From a virus, in the IMG/VR virus record IMGVR_UViG_3300021440_000214, positions 1-14,220 of that record: a DNA stretch of 14,220 nt. One strand, given 5' to 3'. Position 1 is the first letter of the stretch, and the number at the start of each line of letters is the position of its first letter. Positions 5,744 to 13,769 of the stretch are shown here, in pieces. The notes below the pieces were generated by a model, which saw only the letters and a program-made list of their open reading frames with translations, had not been told where the DNA came from and did not search any database. The translations under genes were made by a program, and so were the position numbers.

Positions 5744-7531
5744 TCAGTTAGTAAGGTAGGAACCTCTTACGATGAAAGCATTATTTGTGATGCTCTGCTC
5801 AGCAGTCTGATATGGCATGTCACAGATATTGATATTAATACTGTATGGTTTATTAACTCTACCACTCCAGGTGTATGGAGTAGCAGTCTCAGATCCGTAT
5901 ATGGTCATAACTGATACTCCTCTGGCTTTAGGGACCAGTGGACAATACTGAGAGTCACTATCACCTGACATCTCAATTCCGGTAAGATTACCATCAGTAT
6001 AGAAAACTCCTCCGGTGAATGTGACCGGGATATTATTCTTAGGAGCGAGCTTAGATCTGAGACCTGATCTGATAGTTCCCAGGATAAATGTAGATGTATT
6101 ATGATTCTGATCATTTCTAAAGTGACATCCGGCTATCTCGAAAAATACCATCTTTCCGATCTTGACCATATGGAAACCTATGATCCTACTGTTTGGAGTT
6201 ATTGATCCCTCATCATATACATCCTGCCAGCGGTCCCAGGACTCAATACTTTCACTCTGCTCTAAAGCTGTAACTCTGGATCCCAGAGAGGAGATAGAAC
6301 TATCCTGAGATGCATCCTTACTATTGATAGTAGTTATCTGTCCGCTGATAGTATTGATATTACCCTGAGCAGTAGACAGACCACTCTCCAAAGTATCAAT
6401 GTCATCCTCTGCATCAGAGACTCTGGAAACGAGAGCATCAAAATCAGCCTGAGAAGGACCTGATCCCGATCCTGTATTAAGATTGAAAGCATTAAAATAC
6501 TTCTCACCTGCATCGAGATTGATCCTGCCGTCTCCCAGATATCCGGTTCCTCCCAGGATAGCAACATAGTTTAAGAAGAAACCACTATTTTCAATCCATG
6601 CACCGGATCCGCTCAGAGACTGAGCTGAGAGATAGAGATCATAGATATCAAGATTGTCAACAGATGGAACCAGACGAGCTCCTCCTATGCATACACTAGT
6701 AGATCCTCCTGCTATACAGTCCACTCCGGATAACAGAGCTCCAAAAGAAGTATTGAGAGCTTGACAGTTAGAAGTATAATCCCAGGTATAGTTGAATTTG
6801 AACAAAAGGGTGAGAGGATCACTATTCTGCATCTTAGGAATAAAATTCTTAATAATAAGATGAGACTTATTATAATATTCATTTCCTCTAAACCTGATCT
6901 GCTCCTTTCCGTTCTGATAGAGAGGATTACTAGCCATCATAACAGTCCAGTCCCATGATGGATCCGGAGTCACTGTATCCTGAATAATCTCATAATCCAT
7001 TTTCGATGGATCGATGCAATAACAACCAAAGTTTTTAGGAACCGGAGAAACTGAAACATCACCAAAAGCAGCTGACTCCAAAGATGTAACTCTGGTATCA
7101 AGGTTATCAACCTCTGACTCCAATCCTGAGACCTCACTTGTGATACCTCCCAGATCAGCTAGATCATCTCGGATATCAGATATGGATGATTTTATCTCAG
7201 AGATGTCACTGGTATTAGTAGCCACTGTATTAGAGAGACTATCCAATGATGAGCTGATCCCATCGATTCTACCATTAACATCAGTTAATCCGGAGTTAAG
7301 GTCATCTCTGAGCTGGAGGATCTGACCTCCTATAGAATCAATATCACCCTGAATCTGAGCTATGAGTTCAGTATGCTGAGCAGTGATATTATTGAGAGAT
7401 GTGAGAGTATTGAAAATATAATCAAAATCAATACTATCAAATTTATCTTTCATCTCCTTAACTACTTTCAATATCCAATCAAGATTAAGATCATGGATAT
7501 CTGTATAAGGGTATTTGTGAAATAAAGCCAT
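5744..7531 (-). CDS. Tail fibre / appendage (receptor-binding) protein, 595 aa
   Basis: AGGAGG lies 7 nt before the ATG at 7531, so the track start at 7567 is too long. The N-terminus MALFHKYPYTDIHDLNLDWI resembles the conserved N-termini of Firmicute phage tail fibre proteins. There are two long S/D/L-rich heptad (coiled-coil) segments. It is the last gene of the structural arm, in the position of phi29 gp12. Confidence 0.6.
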   Translation of the reverse strand: MALFHKYPYTDIHDLNLDWILKVVKEMKDKFDSIDFDYIFNTLTSLNNITAQHTELIAQIQGDIDSIGGQILQLRDDLNSGLTDVNGRIDGISSSLDSLSNTVATNTSDISEIKSSISDIRDDLADLGGITSEVSGLESEVDNLDTRVTSLESAAFGDVSVSPVPKNFGCYCIDPSKMDYEIIQDTVTPDPSWDWTVMMASNPLYQNGKEQIRFRGNEYYNKSHLIIKNFIPKMQNSDPLTLLFKFNYTWDYTSNCQALNTSFGALLSGVDCIAGGSTSVCIGGARLVPSVDNLDIYDLYLSAQSLSGSGAWIENSGFFLNYVAILGGTGYLGDGRINLDAGEKYFNAFNLNTGSGSGPSQADFDALVSRVSDAEDDIDTLESGLSTAQGNINTISGQITTINSKDASQDSSISSLGSRVTALEQSESIESWDRWQDVYDEGSITPNSRIIGFHMVKIGKMVFFEIAGCHFRNDQNHNTSTFILGTIRSGLRSKLAPKNNIPVTFTGGVFYTDGNLTGIEMSGDSDSQYCPLVPKARGVSVMTIYGSETATPYTWSGRVNKPYSININICDMPYQTAEQSITNNAFIVRGSYLTN

Positions 7532-7548
7532 ATTTTTACCTCCTATTA

Positions 7549-8409
7549 TTAATATTTCATGATGCAAAATGCATGTTTAAAATCGTTGATGATATAATCC
7601 ATCAGATTAAAGAGAGCTATATCTCTCTCCTGCTGGATCATATTCTGAGTAGACATGACTCCGATATTACCGGATATCCTGACATCCTCATCCCATTCAA
7701 TAGTTCCGGAGTCAGTTCCTGATCTCTGGACAGTTCCCTGATCTTTACCATCATGAGTATCAGTTCCACCCTCAGTTCCAACGAGTCCGATAGTTCCGGT
7801 CTCAGTTCCGGATGTAGCCAGATCTCTGGTCTCTGTTGATGAGCTATCTGTATTCTCAGAACCGGAAGTAGAAACTACTTCACTCTCTTTTGATACAAGA
7901 TCACTATCATTAAAGGCTCTTCCTGATCTGGTAGTATTGGATGATCCGCTGGAGGTCTTATCAACCTCTGCCTCTATCTCAACAGTTCCGGACTCAGATC
8001 CTGAGCTTGCCAGGTTCCTGGTCTCAGTAGATGAGTTATTAAGATTAGCAGTTCTTTTATCTTGCCATGTTAAATTCCTGGACTCATCATCTGATCTCTC
8101 CAGATCTCTGGTCTCAGTAGTATTCCTGAGCTCAGTCCTATCATAGTTATGAATAGGATTGTATTCATATTGAGTAGTCTCATAAAGATGATCCCAGACT
8201 GGTTTATTCTTTTTACTCCAGAACCCTATCATAGCCTTGAAAAAATCAAAATCACTATAAAGGACCTCAAACTCTCCAACCTCACTCAATAAATTCATCT
8301 TGAGAGTCTCTATATCATCAGCTGAGAACTCAGTAGGAGCTGAGAAGTTTTCCAGGATAGAATTATCCCAGTTATACATCCCTATCAGAGTCAATTTACT
8401 GTTGCCCAT
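7549..8409 (-). CDS. Putative lower collar (head-tail connector/tube) protein, 286 aa
   Basis: GGAGG lies 9 nt before the ATG at 8409; the track start at 8514 sits inside the portal gene. It is immediately downstream of the portal, as gp11 follows gp10 in phi29, and its size is close to gp11 (293 aa). The assignment rests on synteny only. Confidence 0.5.
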   Translation of the reverse strand: MGNSKLTLIGMYNWDNSILENFSAPTEFSADDIETLKMNLLSEVGEFEVLYSDFDFFKAMIGFWSKKNKPVWDHLYETTQYEYNPIHNYDRTELRNTTETRDLERSDDESRNLTWQDKRTANLNNSSTETRNLASSGSESGTVEIEAEVDKTSSGSSNTTRSGRAFNDSDLVSKESEVVSTSGSENTDSSSTETRDLATSGTETGTIGLVGTEGGTDTHDGKDQGTVQRSGTDSGTIEWDEDVRISGNIGVMSTQNMIQQERDIALFNLMDYIINDFKHAFCIMKY

Positions 8410-9355
8410 TATCATCAACCTCCTCTCCGGATATATTATCGATCTCATCAGTATCAGGTACACGGAGAGAGACAGAACCTGTCCACTCCGGATAGACTGC
8501 TCTGATCTTCTCAAAACAGTCCTGCATATTCTCCAGCCACATCTCTACTCTGGTTATAGTCTCATAGGAATTACTCTCAACCTCCACAGAATTGAGTCTC
8601 TCTCTTTTATCAGTGTTAGCTGATGGAATACCGATCTCTGTATCAAACTCTTTTCTAACTTTTGAGAGATCCAGGAGGAGATCACCTCCTATATAATTCT
8701 GTTTAAGATTATTAAAGAAAGCAGTCCATTTTGGTTTTCCATCCTCATCAAAAAGATCCTTATCTGTGACTACTGCAGGAGAGCCTCCTGCAATCTCATC
8801 CATGATCTTTTTGAAGGTCTCAGCTATTGCTTTCTTATCAGTTCCAAAAACATATGCGAGATGAGAATTTATAACATTCATATCAAAAGCCTCAAAAATG
8901 AGAGCCATTCTCTCAGCATAGAATGTGACCAGAGGCAGGATAGATCTGTAGTTTTCCTGCAGAGTCATGAGAACTGCAGTCCTATCAGCTCCTACAAGTA
9001 TCCTGTCTATAGTCTTAATTCTAGTTGCATCAGTATCCTGGAGAGTTATGGTACACTCTTTAGGCTCATAATAGAGATTGGATCCTCTGAGAGCTCCATA
9101 ATGAGCCATACATCCAAACTCATCATCATATGTGAGAATGATCCAGCCATTACAGAACAATACATATTTAAAGTATCTTTCAGAGATCTCATCAGGGAGC
9201 TCAAACTTGAAAACTGACATCACTCTCTGTAAAAGATATTCCTCCAGAAACTCCACTAACAGATTATTACTACAATGGATAGTTGATGGACTGGTTATAT
9301 TTTCCACTATATTGAATTGATCAAAATTCATTGGAATACCATCATGTATATTCAT
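8396..9355 (-). CDS. Portal (upper collar / connector) protein, phi29 gp10-like, 319 aa
   Basis: The size matches gp10 (309 aa). Segment-level resemblance to my recollection of gp10: FKFELPDEI..YFKYVLFCNGWIILTYD versus FEWENLPPTI..FLEKSIHQFGYVGFYKD, and IGIPSANTDKRERLNSVEVESN versus [22 protein letters not shown]. It also has an acidic C-terminal tail. GAGGAGG lies upstream of the ATG at 9355. Confidence 0.75.
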   Translation of the reverse strand: MNIHDGIPMNFDQFNIVENITSPSTIHCSNNLLVEFLEEYLLQRVMSVFKFELPDEISERYFKYVLFCNGWIILTYDDEFGCMAHYGALRGSNLYYEPKECTITLQDTDATRIKTIDRILVGADRTAVLMTLQENYRSILPLVTFYAERMALIFEAFDMNVINSHLAYVFGTDKKAIAETFKKIMDEIAGGSPAVVTDKDLFDEDGKPKWTAFFNNLKQNYIGGDLLLDLSKVRKEFDTEIGIPSANTDKRERLNSVEVESNSYETITRVEMWLENMQDCFEKIRAVYPEWTGSVSLRVPDTDEIDNISGEEVDDNGQQ

Positions 9356-9370
9356 CTATTAACCTCCTCT

Positions 9371-10876
9371 CTAGGTATCTATAAAGAAACCTGAATTAAG
9401 ATAGTTCTCTATTTCCTCATTTTCTGTAGATGTTAATGTAGTGGAGATATTAGCATTATTACATTTACAGAAACCTGTTAAATTTGTGAGAGTGGTATAA
9501 CTGCAGAGAGGTCTACCAAACTCAGCCTGGTCCTCATCTACCAGGATCAAAAACTTATTACAGATAACTACATTCATCCTGCATAGGAGAGATCCAGGTG
9601 ATCCGGAAGATGACGGAGGATCATAGAAACTGTTGATTGCATCTCCAATACCAAAAAACATATTATTAAGAGTGCTACCAGCCTCTCCTAAAGCTGAACC
9701 TATTTGAAAGTTAGCCAGACCGGTTCCAGCTGCGTTCAAACCATTGAATAGAGGTTTAGTGAAATTATTAGTTATCACATTATACCAGGACTCATGTCTC
9801 TGAGAGGAGAGAGGTATATCTATCAATACCTGAGATGCATAGGTTCCCAGTAATGGCATAGTATCAAGATTACTAGGGATAGATGAACTATCCTCACAGG
9901 CATAGATGGAAAGAACTCCCTGACCTGTGATGATATCTGTTGCTACATCAAGATAAATATATCCATATCCTATTAATTTTGAACTATCCAGAGGAATGAC
10001 TCCAAAAGGTTCAAACCTTAATATTCTCTCTGTATGACTGTTACCATTCAGCCAGGTTCCTCTCGTCACTTTTTGAGGATGATCTGTCAACGGCATAGTA
10101 AAACCACTATGAATAACCGGAGCCGGATTAATAAATGATGGAGGCAGTGGACATCCATATACAGTAGATTGAAACTGACCAAAATTTATAATAGCCGGAG
10201 TTAATCCGGTTCTGTCTATTAAAGTTTTTGGAAAGAACTTACATGAAACTATATAACTCATAGGATCAGAGATGAGTCCCATGAGCTCTGTAGCTATTCC
10301 TGTGATAGATGCATCTGCATAATTGATAACATTCATCATGTAATCTATTAATGCATTCATCTCAGTATATGAAAGAATATAATATTGTACTCCTCCAAAC
10401 CTGGAATAGTTCTGTCCGGTTGATACCATGCCGATAATATAATCACCTGTCTGAGGTGTGGCATTAAAAAACTGAGAATAGATAGTATTTGAAAACTGAG
10501 CCTGAGCTTTAGATGGATATAGAGTATCATCTATCAAAAAGTCCCATCTTGAGAAAGATCTTTCTACAAATTGAGTTGATGCTTTAATCTCATCTCTGGC
10601 AGTAGCTAATACATCACATCTCAGACTCATCTCCCAGATACCACGATCTGAATCATAACCGGCATCGACTACAAAATAATATCTATTAAACTCCTGGATG
10701 TAACAATAGTTATACCTACCCAGCATATCAGAGGCTGAGGATCCTCTGAGTCTGATGATAGGATTAATAATCGAGCAGTTATCAACCAGTCTGATACTAT
10801 AAGTAGTTCCTCCGGAGGATGGTCTCAAAGTAGAGTTTGGTTTTTTGGAGAATGTATAAAAAATCGCATTAAACAT
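9371..10876 (-). CDS. Tail knob / distal tube protein, phi29 gp9-like, 501 aa
   Basis: It lies between the capsid and portal genes, as gp9 does in phi29. The N-terminal segment NYCYIQEFNRYYFVVDAGY...SLRCDVLATARDEIKASTQFVERS resembles gp9 SYIMFQNADYGNKWFYAFVTE...[24 protein letters not shown] (from memory). Confidence 0.6.
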   Translation of the reverse strand: MFNAIFYTFSKKPNSTLRPSSGGTTYSIRLVDNCSIINPIIRLRGSSASDMLGRYNYCYIQEFNRYYFVVDAGYDSDRGIWEMSLRCDVLATARDEIKASTQFVERSFSRWDFLIDDTLYPSKAQAQFSNTIYSQFFNATPQTGDYIIGMVSTGQNYSRFGGVQYYILSYTEMNALIDYMMNVINYADASITGIATELMGLISDPMSYIVSCKFFPKTLIDRTGLTPAIINFGQFQSTVYGCPLPPSFINPAPVIHSGFTMPLTDHPQKVTRGTWLNGNSHTERILRFEPFGVIPLDSSKLIGYGYIYLDVATDIITGQGVLSIYACEDSSSIPSNLDTMPLLGTYASQVLIDIPLSSQRHESWYNVITNNFTKPLFNGLNAAGTGLANFQIGSALGEAGSTLNNMFFGIGDAINSFYDPPSSSGSPGSLLCRMNVVICNKFLILVDEDQAEFGRPLCSYTTLTNLTGFCKCNNANISTTLTSTENEEIENYLNSGFFIDT

Positions 10877-10886
10877 AATTATAAAT

Positions 10887-10910
10887 AAGGGAGGAGAGAG
10901 CTCCTCCCTT
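10887..10910 (-). terminator. Stem-loop between the capsid and tail-knob genes (10-bp stem, 4-nt loop); possible leaky terminator or translational element
   Basis: On the - strand RNA: AAGGGAGGAG-CUCU-CUCCUCCCUU, followed by AUUUAUAAUU and then the AUG at 10876. It lies directly after the most abundant structural gene. Confidence 0.45.
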
Positions 10911-10932
10911 TATCCTCCAATCAAATTAATGA

Positions 10933-12231
10933 TCATGTCTCTCCAGAGTTGTTATCATCAGAACCGGAGTCATCAGAACCTGAGTCATCAGAACCGGAGT
11001 CATCAGATCCTGAGTCATCAGAACCGGAGTCATCAGATCCTGAGTCATCGGATCCGGTAGCCTCATCCAAAAGGAGAACTACTGCATTTTCAGTAAGGTC
11101 AAGCCATGGACGATCTGTAAAATGCCAGAATGTGTTTGTGTAGCCTCCTCTAGCATTCATTGGAGTAGACTGAGACCAGGTATTAACTACTGTATATCCT
11201 GCACACTCTCTATCGAAAAGTACACCAAAGATATTATCAACAGTTACACTCTCCTCAGCCTCTACCAGTTCACCGGATGAATTGATATAGTTTGGAGTTA
11301 CGATAACCTTCTCAGGATCTGCAGGAGACTGCCAGTAGTTAACCTTCTCAAAATCGATCATCTTGAGGAGCTCCTCATTGAATGTTACACTCTTAACCTC
11401 ATTTTTAATGGAGTTCATGAGAGGACCATAAAGATACATAACTTGTTCCTCCTTAGGAGTGTGTCTATTGATCTCCTTATCAGTTACATTCATGTGATAC
11501 ATGATACCTCTCTCAGTGAGTTTATCAGAGAGAGTCTCGATGAATGAATAGAGCCAACGAGCGAAGTCAGGGAAGTTCTCAGTAGATCTGAAGTTAAAAT
11601 CTGCATCAGTGATACCCTTCTCTGTCTTATACTCAGAAACGAGATGATAAACGTTTGATGTATCAGCTACAGACTTACCAGCGATCAGATTGGCGAGAGT
11701 TCCTCTGGCAGTTACCTCATGTTTCTGCTCGATCATATCAGAGATATTCTGGAGAACCATAGAAACAAAAGAACCGAACTCGGAGGATGAGCTGAAAGCA
11801 GTATCAAGCTGATCCTTGAAAAAGGTCTTAGAAACCTGATAAACATTCTCACCATACCAGTTCATCTGGAGAGCTTTAGGTTTATTAACTACCCATGGAT
11901 CGATGGAATAACCATCAGTAAGTTTAGATCTGTCATCCTCCTCAAACTCTCCGTCAATAGCTGAGATCTTTCTAACATGATTACCATAGCGGATAGCATC
12001 AGCATAAAGTCCCTTGAGTTTTCTGTTGTATGGACGGATCGAGAAGATTGTCCTACTCAGGACCTGAGAAAGAGAGTTCATGATACCCTCATAACCGATC
12101 TGGAGAGCGATCTGAGCCTGAGCTACAAACTGTGTCTCATTGACTGCAGTGATAGACGCTCTACCTTGAGCCTGCTCAAGCAAACTATTGAGGATAGTAG
12201 CACTCTGTGTAAAAGATAATTCATTAGCCAT
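10933..12231 (-). CDS. Major capsid protein, phi29 gp8-like (HK97 fold), 432 aa, with a C-terminal (GSDDS)n tail
   Basis: AGGAGG lies 8 nt before the ATG at 12231. Segments resemble my recollection of gp8: FKDQLDTAFSSSSEFGSFVSMVLQNI versus [27 protein letters not shown], and NARGGYTNTFWHF versus NPRGLYWNYYYHV. It follows the scaffold-like gene. Confidence 0.8.
   Translation of the reverse strand: MANELSFTQSATILNSLLEQAQGRASITAVNETQFVAQAQIALQIGYEGIMNSLSQVLSRTIFSIRPYNRKLKGLYADAIRYGNHVRKISAIDGEFEEDDRSKLTDGYSIDPWVVNKPKALQMNWYGENVYQVSKTFFKDQLDTAFSSSSEFGSFVSMVLQNISDMIEQKHEVTARGTLANLIAGKSVADTSNVYHLVSEYKTEKGITDADFNFRSTENFPDFARWLYSFIETLSDKLTERGIMYHMNVTDKEINRHTPKEEQVMYLYGPLMNSIKNEVKSVTFNEELLKMIDFEKVNYWQSPADPEKVIVTPNYINSSGELVEAEESVTVDNIFGVLFDRECAGYTVVNTWSQSTPMNARGGYTNTFWHFTDRPWLDLTENAVVLLLDEATGSDDSGSDDSGSDDSGSDDSGSDDSGSDDSGSDDNNSGET
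10955..11059 (-). repeat. Seven tandem 15-bp coding repeats (TCATCAGAACCGGAG and variants) encoding (GSDDS)n
   Basis: Units start at 10955, 10970, 10985, 11000, 11015, 11030 and 11045. They differ only at synonymous or near-synonymous positions and lie in frame at the 3' end of the capsid gene. Confidence 0.9.
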
Positions 12232-12246
12232 TGTTATAACCTCCTA

Positions 12247-12576
12247 TTATTTTGATGGGTTGATGAGTCCGGCTAAGATCTCATCGGTTGACTTTGTAAC
12301 TATTTGAGTATTGGTCTGGGCTCTGTTTTGACTCTGTTGAGCCTTGACCAGCTGCTCAACCTGTTTTGTGAGAGCAGAGATCTGATCCTGGATGATCTTA
12401 TTACTCTCATTATTTACCGGATCAGGTGCTGGATCCGGTGCAGGATCTGGATCCGGTGTAGGATCAGGATCAGGTGTAGGATCTCCCGGATCTGATACCA
12501 GATCATCAGTCATACTCATGATCTCATCATGAGTAAAACCATTATCAATGAAATATTTTATATCGGATGCTTTCAT
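12247..12576 (-). CDS. Putative scaffolding protein, 109 aa
   Basis: AAGGAGGAG lies upstream of the ATG at 12576. It is immediately upstream of the capsid gene, as gp7 precedes gp8 in phi29, and is small. The C-terminal helical segment is Q-rich (QDQISALTKQVEQLVKAQQSQNRAQ). The assignment rests on position and composition. Confidence 0.5.
   Translation of the reverse strand: MKASDIKYFIDNGFTHDEIMSMTDDLVSDPGDPTPDPDPTPDPDPAPDPAPDPVNNESNKIIQDQISALTKQVEQLVKAQQSQNRAQTNTQIVTKSTDEILAGLINPSK
12418..12492 (-). repeat. Coding low-complexity repeat DPGDPTPDPDPTPDPDPAPDPAPDP (6/12-bp GGATCn/GGTGnA periodicity)
   Basis: Direct reading of codons 29-53 of the scaffold-like ORF. The DNA is a run of GGATC(C/T/A)GG(T)G.. 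units. Confidence 0.85.
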
Positions 12577-13180
12577 CTTTTCTCCTCCTTAGGGTTGAAT
12601 ATAAAACAATTTGTTGTTCAAAAGTGAGTGGCATAGGACCAGGTCCCGGACCTGCATCCCATCTAAAAATATGCCAGGTGTGACCTCCGTCTGAAAAACT
12701 GAATGGATGAACCCATACCTCCGGATGCATACCATGACCATTATCCTGATCTCCAGGCTCAGATCTACCTCTATTATTACTAGCCTCTATCCTGGCTCTG
12801 GATAATAGTGATGTAGTTCCATCTCCATTAACAGGATCATTACTGGAATATCCCAGCACATTCTCAGCATAAAAGAAAGTATGACCATCAGGACCTCCTC
12901 CCTCATCATATACTGCTATATCTCCATGTCTCCATTGAAAACTGGGAGTCCATATATAATGAGAAAAACCCTGATAGGCTGAGAGATCAGTGATCATGGA
13001 TCCGGTATACCAGTTTGGATTAACGTTAAAACCATTCTGCTGGAGACAATATCCTACAAAATAAGAACAATCCACATCCGGATTGAGTTCTCTGGTTCCC
13101 GGATATCTGTTATATCCATGAGTTTCATCCCAGCAGATCTGTTGACCTGTGATCAGAGCTCCATTGATATTTTCAGCCAT
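12545..13180 (-). CDS. Second peptidoglycan hydrolase, Amidase_5 / CHAP-NlpC-P60-like, 211 aa, with no recognisable wall-binding domain
   Basis: It shares the motif pattern of the adjacent endolysin: THGY..(R)..P..DCSYFVGY (catalytic Cys) and PDGHTFFY (His). GAGGAG lies upstream of the ATG at 13180. Its 3' end overlaps the scaffold gene by 32 nt. Confidence 0.65.
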   Translation of the reverse strand: MAENINGALITGQQICWDETHGYNRYPGTRELNPDVDCSYFVGYCLQQNGFNVNPNWYTGSMITDLSAYQGFSHYIWTPSFQWRHGDIAVYDEGGGPDGHTFFYAENVLGYSSNDPVNGDGTTSLLSRARIEASNNRGRSEPGDQDNGHGMHPEVWVHPFSFSDGGHTWHIFRWDAGPGPGPMPLTFEQQIVLYSTLRRRKDESIRYKIFH

Positions 13181-13187
13181 ACTCTCC

Positions 13188-13769
13188 TCACTTCTTTGCT
13201 TTCAATAGCTTATTAACCATTGTCTGCACTTCTTTATAGTTATATCCTGCAGACTCTAGCAATTTCTTTCTCTCAGGATAGTTTTTCCATTTTCCGGCTA
13301 TGACCTCTCTGGCTATCTCCTCAACAGTTTTCTGAGTAGACTGTGTAGGAGCTCCCAGATAAAAATCAGGATGATATAGATAATAGTCCCATCCAAAACT
13401 GGGAATGTAGAACTTTTCTACTAATATCCCTTTAGTAGTTCCGGATGCATGGACCATCTCAGTATCATTAACCATCATAGCAACATGACCGGATGCAGAG
13501 CCTCCTCTTTCTGATAGGAGGATAACTCCTCTATGTAAAGCTGATCCTTTTGGTAATTCTTTCCAGCCATCTCTCAGGAGCTGATCCTTTAGATCCCAGG
13601 TGACTGAGTTATATCTCACATTGAAACCTCCAAAGATGAGACCAAACGAGATAAATGAACTACAGTCAAAACTAGGACCATATCGAGAGCTCATAGAATA
13701 TCCATGAGTATCATCTGATGCTATATTTTCCATCCATTCCAGACTGGACTCCAGATCTCTATATTTCAT
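13188..13769 (-). CDS. Endolysin: N-terminal Amidase_5-like cysteine amidase/peptidase plus one C-terminal CW_7 cell-wall-binding motif
   Basis: THGYSMSSRYGPSFDCSSF and SGHVAMMV match the Amidase_5 pattern (YSM..R.GP.S.DCSS ... GH) known from streptococcal phage lysins. The C-terminal IAREVIAGKWKNYPERKKLLESAGYNYKEVQTMVNKLL matches the CW_7 (Cpl-7-type) repeat. It is translationally coupled to the upstream holin by an ATGA overlap. Confidence 0.85.
   Translation of the reverse strand: MKYRDLESSLEWMENIASDDTHGYSMSSRYGPSFDCSSFISFGLIFGGFNVRYNSVTWDLKDQLLRDGWKELPKGSALHRGVILLSERGGSASGHVAMMVNDTEMVHASGTTKGILVEKFYIPSFGWDYYLYHPDFYLGAPTQSTQKTVEEIAREVIAGKWKNYPERKKLLESAGYNYKEVQTMVNKLLKAKK

Noticed and set aside
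10955-11059. Regular 15-bp repeats as a possible CRISPR-like or satellite array
   Set aside because: The units are contiguous with no spacers, in frame within the capsid ORF, and translate to GSDDS repeats. This is a coding tandem repeat, not a CRISPR array.
5905-12495. Short track ORFs nested in or antisense to the structural genes (5905..6114-, 6334..6567-, 6761..6958+, 7140..7325+, 7937..8146+, 8300..8623+, 8861..9217+, 9132..9320+, 10949..11143+, 11977..12219+, 12304..12495+)
   Set aside because: All lie within larger, synteny- or motif-supported genes. Several are just the antisense reading of coding repeats, for example SEPESSEPESS opposite GSDDS. No independent start signals are present.
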